Below, in pieces: positions 1 to 13,612 of a DNA stretch of 64,000 bases. The notes below the pieces were generated by a model, which was given only the letters and a program-made list of their open reading frames with translations, ran no database searches and had not been told where the DNA came from. Origin of the DNA: Eledone cirrhosa (lineage: Eukaryota). Numbering within the stretch: the stretch's first letter is position 1; the number at the start of each line of letters is the position of its first letter. The stretch covers positions 19,840,001-19,904,000 of the forward strand of contig OZ024750.1 of the NCBI GenBank assembly GCA_964016885.1. The letters run 5' to 3'. Both the position numbers and the translations under genes were made by a program.

Positions 1-413
1 TACAGTAGACGCTATTCTTCATCAACTGAAGTGGTCTGAATATTGCATACCTAACAGAACTTTCTTTGCTTTTAGTAGTGTATCACAATAGTTGAAGTGG
101 AATGTGTTGCAACAAAGTGATGGACTCGAATTACTAGATTAAGACGTATTCAAGTCTAGTTCCGTCTGTCTAACGTGCTATGTGTTATGTGGTTACAACT
201 AATATGTTCTTAACATTTAATCATGCTATCATTTACACTACATATTTAGTAGGCCAGATAAACACATATGTAAATACTGACATACACAGACATACACAGA
301 CATTCACACCAACACAGACTGATCAATACAGTCAGACAGACACACAGATGCACACACATAATTAAATATGTATTTATATATATTTACAAATATATAAATA
401 TAAATACATACAT

Positions 414-491
<78 letters not shown>

Positions 492-495
<4 letters not shown>

Positions 496-648
496 ACGAG
501 TTAGACTCCGACGGCTGAGCTCAAGCCATTTCGATGGCTAGTTCAGCCGTCAGAGTCCTACTCGTTCCTATTACCCACTCTACTACCCTAAGTATTGAGT
601 ACTTTGGTGCGTTATGGTCCATGTGGTTCCTTACTACATTTCCTTCGT

Positions 649-650
<2 letters not shown>
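492..650 (+). mobile_element. Family A short fold-back element (Penelope-like pLTR fragment) in (TA)n
   Basis: (TA)n on both sides. Arms 495-521 and 540-566 are inverted. The minus strand carries the 3' half of a hammerhead (GAAATGGCT-TGAGCTC-AGCCGTC). GTATTGAGTAC at 592-602. Four more copies in the window. Confidence 0.7.
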
Positions 651-679
<29 letters not shown>

Positions 680-1425
680 GAATTGCATTGTGATTTCGAT
701 TCCTAGACAGGGCGATACGTTATGTCCCCCAGCAAGACGCATTAACTCACGTTGTTCCTTCTGACTGGAGTTGCAACCGACATATAGTATTAGCAATTGA
801 ACAGACCAATGTAAACATTGTTTGCTCGCTCGTTAAGTGTGGCAGCATAAACGGAAGTTGAATTACCTGATGGATGTTCTATTGGGAAGTATTCGATTCT
901 GTTCCGCACTCCTGGAGGCGAGAGGCCCTTTTACTTGCCAAAGAACCAGATACCATAATCAGAGCCACAGATAAACAATCTTCTTCCGGTACCACAACCC
1001 TGGATTAATTAAAAAGAAAGACTATATTGTCACTGATAAAATAGATAATGGCACGTTCATATTTCAATGCGTCTATCTTTCTCTGATGCTACTTATTTTC
1101 TCCATACTGTTGTTAGAATTCCGTCACATCTGACGACTAGTGGCCCAGTTCCTGTAACAACGGTACATCAGGCTTAACATAGTTCTCAGAGAGATTCAGC
1201 GTGGTTCCAGGTTACAACTGGTGGGCATTTGAATTACTTTTTACAAAACAGTTTTCCAGCTGAGAACAGGACGGGTGATGTGAGATATTTGTTCTTGCAC
1301 AATAATACAATGTACCTATGAGAAAATAAATGATAACGTTACGAACGTCAGTCGAACATTCTATCAACTAAACCATGTGCATTCACATTGGTTCATGTAC
1401 GCTTTTATAATCAAATATGTATCTT

Positions 1426-1650
1426 GAGGGCGGTGGATTGGTAGTATCGGTAGAGCATCGGACACCAAGCTTTACAGCATAGAGTTGTGTCCCTTTGCTT
1501 CCTAGTTCAAATTCCGCCGAGGTTAGCTTTACCTTTCATCCTTGAGGGGTCGATGAAAGAAAGTACCAGAAATGCACTGGATTCAATTTAATCGTCTCCC
1601 CCCCCCCCCTCCCCCGATATTGCTGGCTTTTCGAAATCAGAAACCGTTAT
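1426..1650 (+). mobile_element. tRNA-derived SINE
   Basis: A-box-like TGGTAGTATCGG and B-box GTTCAAATTCC. Central CCTTTCATCCTT..GGGGTCGAT..AAAGTACCAG block. Imperfect TSD ATCA(A/G)ATATGTAT at 1410-1422 and 1649-1661. Confidence 0.85.
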
Positions 1651-2529
1651 CAGATATGTATTTACTTAGCTGTTATGTCAATTAAGTATTAGGATAACAT
1701 AGATGGCCCATTGTTGTTGATTTATTCTTGAAACACAGGATTAATATTTTAATATATTGCATTGAACTTATGGGATATGTTTTGTCACATTATACATTAT
1801 ACAGATGATTGTTTTCGATAAATACTAAATCTCTATTGAACCCCTTCCTGTTTAAATAGAAAGGAAAACAAAAACGTGTTAAATCATTGATTATGTAAAT
1901 CATATACAATCGATTTGGCTTATCAACCTCAGAGCAGATTATATTGTCATAGAAGTTTTCATAGAGGGCATTCCGATTATATGAAACCATATAAACTTGT
2001 GCGTTTTATTTCTATATCTTGCGCATATACCTTTATCTCAAATGTCAGCAATCTAGCGATAGAATGTAGCAATCGTTTCGGAGATATTTTCTCTAATGTA
2101 AAACAATATTAATTCGAGGAGGTTTATTTGAAAAAGTGCGTCATTCTTCATCCGAAACTGCACCGACTTAGCGATGTATGTCTGCAATCAATATGAGTGG
2201 CCATGCACTCCTATGAAACAATATTTCTATGTAAGAAATATTATGATGGGACAATATGTTTTCTTCACAATCTCCACCAACATAGCAATGGACGGTAGCC
2301 ATATTTTTCTGACATATTTATGATTTATTGCTCTTGCGCTTATCACAAGAGATAGCTGTAAGGACATACGACAAACAACAAATATATATATTTTGAAAGA
2401 AGCAAATAATATACATAAAGATGATCAAATGTGAAGATTAAATATTTTCATCAAACAAAACACACTCGCTCTTATATACATACATATATACATACACACA
2501 TACGCATACAGACATACACACACACACAC

Positions 2530-2572
2530 ATATATATATATACATATATATATATGTATATATATATATATG

Positions 2573-2663
<91 letters not shown>

Positions 2664-2989
2664 GTATATATATGTATATATATATATATATATATATACA
2701 TATATATATACATAAATATATATATATATATAGTAATAATAATAAATTTAAAGACTAAAATCCAAAGGGGGCTGTTATTTTAATATATATATATTTATAT
2801 ATATATATATATATATATAGAAGAAGAGATGAAATCGAAAATGCAACTGGAGTCTTATTTAAAAAAATATATATATATATTTATTTGGTTCCTTTACCGG
2901 TTTCGCAGTTCTTCTGCTTTTCAAAAGGTGAGTTGAGATTGAGGGTCTGTGGTTTTTCTCACAGAGATGTGAGAAAAACCACAGACCCT

Positions 2990-3069
<80 letters not shown>

Positions 3070-3135
3070 GTATATATATATATACACACACACATATATA
3101 TATACATATACGTATATATATATTTATACACACAC

Positions 3136-3202
<67 letters not shown>

Positions 3203-3254
3203 TATATGTATATATGTCAATATATATATATGTATATATATATATATATGTATA

Positions 3255-3326
<72 letters not shown>

Positions 3327-3341
3327 CACATATACATATAC

Positions 3342-3374
<33 letters not shown>

Positions 3375-3464
3375 CATATATATATGTATATATGTATATA
3401 TATATAGGTATATATATGTATATATGTATATATATATATAGGTATATATATATATGTATATATA

Positions 3465-3514
<50 letters not shown>

Positions 3515-3583
3515 CATATATGTATATATATATATACACATATACATATATACATAAATGTATATATATATATATTTATACAA

Positions 3584-3630
<47 letters not shown>
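2530..3630. repeat. Long interrupted (TA)n/(TACA) microsatellite block
   Basis: Seen directly; source of the YIYI ORFs. Confidence 0.95.
2891..2928 (-). ncRNA. Degenerate minimal hammerhead ribozyme
   Basis: Minus strand: CCTT-TTGAAAA-GCAG aagaa CTGC-GAAAC-CG-GTA-AAGG. All three stems pair, but the core is mutated from CUGAAGA. Adjacent perfect 23-bp hairpin at 2941-2990. Confidence 0.5.
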
Positions 3631-3631
<1 letters not shown>

Positions 3632-4116
3632 TGTTGTACTTTGGGAGGGTCATGTTGCCAATAAGAAACACACGCACCAGTTGCTTTCACTTCAATTTAT
3701 TATATATTTATAAATTTATAAATTTACAAATCTACAAACTTATAAATTATAAATTTCTGGTTGGTTGGTTGGTTCCACAACCAGATAGTTGTTTATATAT
3801 ATAGTCATAGTCCTTTCGTCACACACTCTGTGACCTCTTCAGTGACTGGAGAGGTCACAGAGTGTGTGACGAAAGGACTATGACTATATATATAAACAAC
3901 TATCTGGTTGTGGAACCAACCAACCAACCAGAAATTTATAATTTATAAGTTTGTAGATTTGTAAATTTATAAATTTATAAATATATAATAAATTGAAGTG
4001 AAAGCAACTGGTGCGTGTGTTGCTTATTGGCAGCATGACCCTCCCAAAGTAAAACAATATCGGTTTCAACACACGATTTCAGATAAAGAATCTTGCTAAA
4101 CAAATTCAGAAACGAA
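3631..4116. mobile_element. Family F fold-back element: near-perfect palindrome with 213-bp arms plus a 3' tail
   Basis: Arms 3631-3843 and 3845-4057 are reverse complements around G3844. Unique tail 4061-4116. (TA)n flanks. Relatives at 19488, 25690 and 54527. Confidence 0.85.
3803..3847 (-). ncRNA. Minimal type I hammerhead ribozyme
   Basis: Minus strand: AGTCA-CTGAAGA-g-GTCAC agagtgt GTGAC-GAAAG-GA-CTA-TGACT. Stem I AGTCA/TGACT, triplet CUA. The mirror copy on + has a CTGGAGA core. Confidence 0.75.
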
Positions 4117-4147
<31 letters not shown>

Positions 4148-4196
4148 TGCATATATATATATATATTTATATATATATATATATATACACATATGC

Positions 4197-4279
<83 letters not shown>

Positions 4280-4286
4280 TATATAC

Positions 4287-4362
<76 letters not shown>

Positions 4363-4364
<2 letters not shown>

Positions 4365-4507
4365 GTTATTCCGGGTTGAATCGGAGGTAACCACTGATTC
4401 CTGATGATTTCTAATGAATGAAACAGTTCTAGTCCTGTAGAGATTCCTGATGATTTCTAATGAATGAAACAGTTCTAGTCCTGTAGAATCTCATCTATAT
4501 TAAAACT
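4363..4507 (+). mobile_element. Family B element with tandem hammerheads
   Basis: 4363-4394 is the reverse complement of the family B 3' end (28494-28525), followed by a duplicated 46-bp hammerhead unit. (TA)n flanks. Confidence 0.8.
4441..4491 (+). ncRNA. Type I hammerhead ribozyme
   Basis: AGATTC-CTGATGA-tTTC taat GAAt-GAAACAG ttctagtc CTGTA-GAATCT. Stem I 6 bp, stem III 4 bp, GUA triplet at 4483-4485. A second unit lies at 4396-4441. Confidence 0.8.
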
Positions 4508-5009
4508 ATATATATATATATATATTAAAGTATTGAATTTCTTCAAGTTATATATAATTCAGGGAATATAGTTAAAATAAAATAAGTAATGTGTAAGGAA
4601 ATCAGTTGTGAAATCCTTCTTGTGTGCCACGTAATGAGGATTAACTGTTCTATGTTATTATGTTCAAGCATCATTTCGAAGGAACGAAGTGGAAAAAATC
4701 CAATTTCCGTGTTGACAGAAATGAAATAGAGATTTAGGAGTTTATTTTTAGTTCCGATACGCTTTTAGTTTTATTTTACATTATGTTATATGATGAATAT
4801 TGAATCAATATGGAATCTACCAATGATGGCGATATATATCGGATTACTGTTTCACAGAATGATGTTGATGATTTCTATTATATAGCCTAGGTAAAATGTA
4901 CGTCATAGAACATGCTCGAACAATAAACATGAATGTGCATACGTATGTACAAATACACACACACATACACACAGACATACACACACACACACATACACAC
5001 ACGCACACA

Positions 5010-5087
<78 letters not shown>

Positions 5088-5227
5088 AATATAAATATAC
5101 ATAAATATAAATATATAAATATACATAAATATAAATATACATAAATATAAATATATATATACATAAATATAAATATACATAAATATAAATATACATATAC
5201 ATAAATATATGTATATAATTATCAAGG

Positions 5228-5396
5228 TCAGTTATTACAACAGTGGCATACCAGGTACGTATATCTCGCTAACTCCGAAGTTCAACAAATGCCGATGAAA
5301 ATGAACCAGTTCATTTTTATCAGTACATGTTCAACAAGTTGGTAATCAGATCTAACAAAACGTGCGTACCTGGTATGGCAACCCTGTAGTAACTGA
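5228..5396. mobile_element. MITE-like element with imperfect terminal inverted repeats of about 35 bp
   Basis: TCAGTTATTACAACAGTGGCATACCAGGTACG vs CGTACCTGGTATGGCAACCCTGTAGTAACTGA. Confidence 0.45.
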
Positions 5397-8300
5397 TATA
5401 TTTACTACATATTATAATTCTATATATATATTTCTTGAGGGGTCTCTTAATAAGCCTTATCAACTTCACAGCGATGATGCAATTTTATAGTGCAGACACC
5501 AGTGGAAATGGAAGGGCGAAACTGCAGTCGGGACTTTGAAGAAAAAACAAGCATATTTTGACTATTATTTCATCGTATTTTTAATTTGATAAATAGCTCT
5601 GATTATTGTGTTATTTTAATCATTTTCATTATTTTAGCTCTTTCGGTCATCGAGTAAAACTTGTTAAGGTGGACATCAGACACATACATTTACATATGAA
5701 TATAAACTTATATTTTTCTACGATGCAACCTTTCTTTTCCGGTGATCTTGTCTGGTCCGTTTTCTCCATATGACTTGTGCAAGTATTGATCTATATACGG
5801 AAAGTTGGTTTGCAAGAGGGAATCTTATGCATGGTATTTCCTGGAAGCCCAGCAATCAGCCATACATGCAATTCTGTCATCTAAACGACATGGTTATTGA
5901 CAAAGGGAAAGGAATTGTCCGATACATAGTGGTACCAGTGATATTACAGGGTCATCAGAATGTAAACTTCCGAAGGGATAAATTCTCTCAAACCACAGAT
6001 TTGGATTCACACTTTTTAATCTTCCCTGCATTTAAGTTATGTCAACTGGCGCAGTATTTTCACTATCACACTTTCTCTTGGTTAATTTGTCAATTACGTT
6101 TCCACCTAATGTCTATGTTAGCTTATGCGTTAGAATAATTTGATAATATATATATTTGGTTCGATAACAGAATCTCAGTAAATTCAATCTTGTAAGTTCA
6201 CGTTTGTCTGGTTTCAGTCCCCAGTTAAAATTACTTTGAAATATTCTGTTAATCTCAATAAGAGGTGTAAGAATTTTGTCGCCACTCCATTTGTTTTCAG
6301 TCTATCTAATGTGTATTATACAGCAATCTACTTATTGCTGAATGTTCTACTGTAGTTGATCGAGGTATAAATGTCGAATATGTTCATAACCTTTTCCTTA
6401 TAAATGTGCATTCTTCTGCATGACGAAGGGATGTTTACATTTACTGCAATATTTAAAGTTCTTTTAAAGTTGTATACCGGTGAATATTGAAATAATATTG
6501 TGATTGCATATCCCATTTAGTGGAACTATCTCCAGAGGAGAATTACTTCAACCGCCATAACATTGTATGATATAATTTTATTTGTTTTTCATCGTAGCAA
6601 ATGCCACAAAGCAATAAATTGGAACCTAAATATTATTGAAGCCTAATGCACACAATTTAAATTGGATTTCTGCGAGTGCAGCAGATTTCAAGTGTCTCGT
6701 CAGAAATTTTCTTATTCGATAAAGTTAAGTATAGAGCACTTAAATATGAATTCCATTCCTGTAATATTTTGTTGTTGATAACAAAGATCTTAAAAGAAAA
6801 TATGTAGTAAATGCATATTTTTGAAAGACTAAAGTATAAAGCAAGCATTTAAATAATTAAAAATATTCATACAAAATTGCCAGAAACCTACGAATTGTAA
6901 AATGAACGTGTGTAGGTACTTGTATACAATGTCTTACGAAGAAGGTGAAATAAAACATCTACTTCTATACAGGGGAAAATTATATCAATTCAATGTGCGT
7001 TCAACCAAGATAACATTTTACTAAATGGAAGACACTTTACGCAATGCTGATTGTGATCGAACCTTCATTCAACTTACAAGAATCAGCTAAAGGAGTATCA
7101 AAGTATTACTTAGAATTCGGAAACCATAATGTAAAAACGATCTGAAATAGATATCCTCCTTATAAAGTATTTGTAAGAAATATCTCAGCATTACGCATTT
7201 TATGTATAATTCTAATTTATAATCATTAGCGATACATTTTATCCGTTAATTTAACTTAGATCTTCCATGGAATGAAAAAGAGTGAGGGCCGAGATGGTTT
7301 CTGTGTCTGTTCTCAACAGCAAGAGTATACGTCATACTCAATTGTAAATGTGGGCTGTACGTAGTTAACTCCAATTATCAACTTTGTAGCATCTTAGATA
7401 ATTCGTGCAGTGCTATGACTTCAGTCTTTTGATCAGTTGCTTTCTGTGTTCTTTTAAACAATCTAGCATATGGCGATTACGTCACAGTCCATATTCGTTC
7501 CTTAGAATGTGTCTCATTCATTTATTTCTCCCTGCTGTATTGATTTATATTTCATTTTTATCTAGAGATTGATAACATTATTTTATGTCGAATCCGAACT
7601 CTTTGTTTGGTTCAAAGACACGATGTCGTTTTCATACTGATGAAATATTTCTGATTTAAAGAGAATCGTTTTTTGTTTCAGGTGTTCTGTCATTCCAGGC
7701 TTCTGTATGCTTTTTATGTCACCGTATGTTCTCTATCGCTTCTACCTCCATTTATCTTTAATTGAGTATTTTATTTTTTATTTTATTTCACGAACGATTG
7801 GAATTTTCTTGTATTGGGTTTCATATTCCCATTTGAGCTGATCTAAAATGCACCCACCATCCTTTGTATCTCTTAGGACTCTTACTTATTCCGTTAGAAA
7901 ATATTTTCTGATCTTTCGCATTTTGTAATAAAATATTTTAAATATTTTTCCATTGTCAGGTTCACAATTTTCATCTGTGTACACGAATCAACCTCATATT
8001 CTTTTTTATTTATGTATTACTTTTGTTTTTTTTCGGTACAGTGTTCGTTGATCTCAATTCACTAGGCATTTGGGGGATTTGTTTTTGTTTTGTTTTCGTT
8101 CGGCATAGTTTATTCTATTTTCTACGAAATTTATATTGCAAATGTTAGTAATATCTTTATGATTTAATTTCTGAATATATATAATTTCCCATTTTCCATT
8201 TTATATACTCATTTAATGATACTTGATATATTTGATGTGTTTCCCTATAACTTATGATAGGGTTTCGATCGTCAAAATATATTTTCCTATCTAAGATATT

Positions 8301-9872
8301 AGGTGGGGATTCAATAGTGACTTTGATATAATTGTTAATTCTCTACAAATATCATACAACAATACAGTAGTAACTTCAGTATTTTCGTATAGAGTGTATA
8401 AGCGTATAAGCGGCTTATATCTCACAGCAAAACATTTGTGTCAATTCAGATATACGGGTCGCATAGAAAACGTATTTGTGTTATACTATGAAATTACTGC
8501 AAATGTTGCGTTGCTTGAATAATAAAGCCCGGTCCATTACTGAAATTAACAATATTTTCACCGTACAACGGTTGATAACGTTTTATTTTCTGCACATGTT
8601 ATGCTTCAAATTAAAATTACGTATTAATTAATCTGTTTCCATTGGGGTATATAATATTACAGATTTTGTATGTAATTTTTATCATTTATTTGCACGTGTG
8701 GATGAGAAGACGGATTGGTCTAGTAATAATATTACGCTTTTTCAAAGAGTTTCTATAAACATAATGCCATCACCCTCCCCTATGCCGTATGCACATTCGT
8801 TAGGCATTTATTTACACTGAATCCTCAATCGGTATATTAGCTCATACTTTGATTGCTGTTTTTGATTTAAGTGTATTTCGACTATTATGTTTCACACTGA
8901 AGTATGGTGATACTTCTAAGCGTTCGTTCTAGTTATTTTAGTAGATTCTCGGAAGCAGGTCCTTTCATGGGGCAAGATATTTTAATTTACGTTGGTCGTC
9001 GACTTAGAAATCTAAAATGAGGTGGACACCGACGTGTGTCCGTTAAAGTGTCCACTCCACTTGCCTATAAATTCATTCCTACTACGTGTCTTGACAATTT
9101 ACATGTTTACACTACTTTATTAAATCTGAAAACAAGATCGTTTTCGTATGTTAACCCATATTCGTGTAGCCGTCTCTGCATGTAAGAGTCCTAATATTGT
9201 GTCACTCATAGACTAAAGAATAATCGAGGCTCCCCACTTGAGCTACTCAGATTGCAATGGTATGAACACGTTTGCAATTCCCGGCGGCGTAGTCTTTCTT
9301 CGAGCCGGATGATATATGTCATGTCACTTAAGTTCAGTCATTTCATACAATTTGTGAAACTAAGACGCCTTGACGCGTATCATTCTTGCCATCTGTATAC
9401 ATAATTCGTGCATTTCTTTTGCTTTGTTAAATTATCCGGTTACAACTCGCTGAGTCTCCAGAGCCGTATTATTTTGATTGAAGCCTAGTCGGCCTACGGG
9501 GACTAAGGGACTGTATGTTTTGTTCAATCTCCATACATCGTTATTCACATCTACGCGTTGGAATACATTATAGAAGCTATGCGGTGTCTCTGTACTTGTC
9601 GGTGTAATTTTTCGGCCACAGTGCCAGACGGAACTCGAAGTATCTGAATGCCCAGGTTTTAGAGCAGAGTGTAATAAGTCATTTTAGCTCTCATTTTAAA
9701 CATTTTCTGCAAAGTATTTTGGTGCATCACTCTTACATTACAACACTTTCAGGTTTTATCAGTGCCAGACAGATTTATCTAAGCATCTAAGCAACAGAAG
9801 TTTATTTGTGTCTTTGAATCTGTATTTATTTTTGTAATTCAGAGAAAGCTAGATATTCCCAGTTGCTGGAAA

Positions 9873-9873
<1 letters not shown>

Positions 9874-9970
<97 letters not shown>

Positions 9971-10095
9971 TGTGCATGTATGAAGTATATACAAGCAATA
10001 TATTCATCTTAATGAGTGTACGGCATATAGTTATTTATATGTCTTACTCTTCATATGCATATTTCTCTGTACATATATATAAATATATATGTGTG

Positions 10096-10140
<45 letters not shown>

Positions 10141-10255
10141 GTATATTTATATACAGGGAGTCCCCCCAAAATGTTTACATCTGTACAGGCGATATATATT
10201 AAATTGTGTATATATTTTGGGGAGACCACCTGTATATAGATGTATAATTATATGC

Positions 10256-10316
<61 letters not shown>

Positions 10317-10367
10317 CATATATACATATATATATATATACATATAAATATGTATATATATATATAC

Positions 10368-10398
<31 letters not shown>

Positions 10399-10404
10399 TA
10401 CACA

Positions 10405-10435
<31 letters not shown>

Positions 10436-10443
10436 TATATGTA

Positions 10444-10482
<39 letters not shown>

Positions 10483-10497
10483 ATATATACATATGTA

Positions 10498-10586
<89 letters not shown>
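9874..10586. repeat. (CT)n(TA)n and interrupted (TA)n microsatellites
   Basis: Seen directly. Confidence 0.9.
10154..10232. mobile_element. 79-bp Tc1/mariner-type MITE
   Basis: TA-CAGGGAGTCCCCCCAAAATGTTTACA ... TGTATATATTTTGGGGAGACCACCTG-TA. TA target duplication. Diverged relative at about 28197-28293. Confidence 0.7.
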
Positions 10587-10589
<3 letters not shown>

Positions 10590-11111
10590 ACCAAAATTAA
10601 ATCAAGGATGTCATGTTTGAGATAGATGCGCCATACCATCTGTAGCATAACCTCAAAGATATTGTTTTCTTTTGTGCCATGTCTAACTCTGCCTACCTCT
10701 ATATTTCTCTTTTATGTGTGCTTAATTATCCTCAATCTATCCTTTATTATCAGCATTCCAAGGTCGTTTAAAATGATTGAATAAAACGATACTTCATTGT
10801 TCTTCATTATACTCCCTTTTTGAGTATATATAACGTGCAATCAATGAAGCATACATGACACCACTATAATAATTAGAAATAGCAGTCCTAACTGACCAAC
10901 AGGAAATCCTACATAACTTTTATTTCGCAGACATTTCGTACATCAATGAAATTTAGTACATCAATTATTTATATATTGGGCATAGTGTAATAAAGCATTG
11001 TAACTCCCATTTTAAACATTCTGCAAAATATTTTCGTGCATCATATATTAATTATTTATATGATTACCCCCGAATGGAACAGTTCTAGTCCTCTAGAAGC
11101 CATTTCTATAT

Positions 11112-11163
<52 letters not shown>

Positions 11164-11854
11164 GATATATATATGATTGCGTGTGTAGAAAAAAATTGCA
11201 CTATCAACACATCTTTTTGTCACTGTGAACATTGAATTGCAATATATAAATGTGTTGATAGTAACTTGATGTTTTGTGATTGAGAACCTTTATGCATTTC
11301 TTTGTAATTTTTCTCATTTCTTTACATATAGATATGTGAATATCTGTTTGAATTTTCCGCGATTTTAAATCTATTTCTTTCATAAAGGTTGTCATCTGAC
11401 ATTTAATTTCCTACCATCCTTATTATTTATAATGTTTGTACACTGTTTCTTTTCCTAGCTACATTATAGTGATGTCTACCTGCGGACATTCAACATATGT
11501 CATTATTTCTCTGTCTTCTTGCTTTTATGTTATATTTTATTTCTATTACTGTGTTTGTATTCTTTCTTTTGAATTCAATTGTATGTACACTCAACTTCGA
11601 GCATTTGTTGACCTTTACCTATCATCCCCTTCATTTCCTTTCATGCAGCTGGTCTATGTACATTACCCCCCTGCTTCATTACTAACCCTTGGCACATGAA
11701 TTATGTGCCTCATCATTCTTTATTCTACGTTCAGTGCGCTTCGTTTCCGTTACAATTCCTCCCATAATTCTCACTTGCCATTTAAAAACACACCCATATC
11801 ATATACGGATGGTACTTATTCACAATATTAAAATTTATTTGTTTCATTAATATA

Positions 11855-12139
11855 ATTGTTGCTACATTTAGCACAAGGCCAGCAATTATCCCAGTATATT
11901 ACCGGTTCCTTTTTTTATCGACCCCGTATCATTTCTTATATAGACACCAGGTCAATAATATTGGGGGAGGGGAAAGTCGATTAAATCGATCCCAGTGCGT
12001 GACTGGTAGTTTATTTTATCGACCCCGTAAAGATGAAAGGCAAATGTAACCCCGGCAGAATTTGAACTCAGATCATTAAGTGCCGTAACTCTGTGCTCCA
12101 AATGATGGCGTCCAACCGTCTACCGACAGTGCCAATCCA
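11855..12139 (-). mobile_element. tRNA-derived SINE (full copy plus an extra 3' fragment)
   Basis: Reverse complement of the SINE consensus (TTTTATCGACCCCGTAAAGATGAAAGGC, ATTTGAACTCAG, GCCAATCCA). Confidence 0.8.
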
Positions 12140-12764
12140 TGCTGGGCTTAAGCTATATCAGCTTTTATATTTTTCTCTTGAACATCTCTATTAAGCAGAA
12201 AGGGGAAACCAATATGCACGAGCAACAGCTGGTCTTCCACAGAAAGCTCCTTGCCAAGACTTGCAACTTCGTGACATACTCTCATAGTACAAACACATTG
12301 TCAGTTATTACATAGGCGGACCATTTTGTCTCCCATCAAGTCTGTGTGTATATTGACAAAATACCATCAACGTATATATAAAGAGAATAGCATTTTGTGC
12401 TACAAATTATGTTCAATTTGTTTTAGATATGGTGTATATGTCGGACGCTCACAAAAACGTATTATATTAAAATTTAAAGAGAGTAATAATCTATTAGTTG
12501 ATTTCCGAAGCTAAATATCTCCCATTACTTTACTATACTGCCTAGAGGATTTACGTATTATTTCATTATTTTCAGAGTATATATATATTGTATATTTTAT
12601 TTCACTATTCAATTACATTACCTATTTTCATTAGTCATCTGTAAACCTAACATTATATTTGTTCGACTATTTTCCCATTAGGAGCAAATTGGTTAAAGAA
12701 AAAAAAATTAAATAATAAAAATATTCTACCGTTACTGCTACCGATCTGTTGCTACTGTCATTTC

Positions 12765-12803
12765 CATGACCACCATCACCACCAACAACATCACTACTAC
12801 TAC

Positions 12804-12858
<55 letters not shown>

Positions 12859-13025
12859 GCTGCTGGTGCTGCTGCTACAACAACTACTACTAATACTAGT
12901 ATTAGTAGTATTACCAGCACCACCACCATCACCATCACCACAACAACCCCTCAACATCAACATCATCATCAAGAAGAAGAAGAACAACAACAACGACGGC
13001 GACGTAAACAACAACAACAACAACA

Positions 13026-13077
<52 letters not shown>

Positions 13078-13090
13078 AAAATAATAATAC
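12765..13090. repeat. Composite trinucleotide microsatellite (CAC/TAC/CAT/GAA/CAA)
   Basis: Seen directly; gives poly-amino-acid ORFs in several frames. Confidence 0.9.
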
Positions 13091-13547
13091 TAATAAAGTT
13101 AAAATCTCTAATACCAGCTGCAGACAGAAAATTACCGATTTATAGGGGAAAATAAGAAAGAAAAGAAGTAAAAAAGAGGAATAACCAAATTTAGCTTTTA
13201 ATTAAGTGTTAATAAACAATGGAACTAGAAATAATTAAACGTAATCATTCAGAAGGAAGAAAATTACATTTTAATTAAATGAAAATGAATAATATAATTT
13301 AAAATAATGTTGATCAGTCTTTGGCATATTTTTACTTTATTTTTACTTTTCACTCTTTAAATGCTTCCCTCACATACACACAAGGGCAATCAGATTTCCA
13401 TACATACATGTATATATACATAATATACATATGCACGTACGCATATTATTTCATTCCTTTATGCAATGGAAATTATGAGAATTCATACAACAGTTTGTAC
13501 TCAGGTATATACACACACACACACCTTCATATATACACACAATCATA

Positions 13548-13606
<59 letters not shown>

Positions 13607-13612
<6 letters not shown>

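Noticed and set aside
1426-1520. tRNA gene
   Set aside because: A and B boxes are present but there is no cloverleaf; it is the SINE head.
4401-4453. Box C/D snoRNA reading of TGATGA...CTGA
   Set aside because: The full hammerhead geometry and dispersed repeat context explain the motifs better; no terminal stem or guide sequence is evident.
2431-5225. Many overlapping [12 protein letters not shown] ORFs here and throughout the window
   Set aside because: They are translations of dinucleotide microsatellites, which lack stop codons; there is no coding signal.
8700-9700. Possible ancient LINE RT remnant on the minus strand (GIGEGDG resembles G.RQGD)
   Set aside because: Too degenerate to support without tBLASTn or an HMM search.
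12667-13155. Poly-T/S/H/Q/L ORFs
   Set aside because: Composite trinucleotide microsatellite, open in several frames on both strands.
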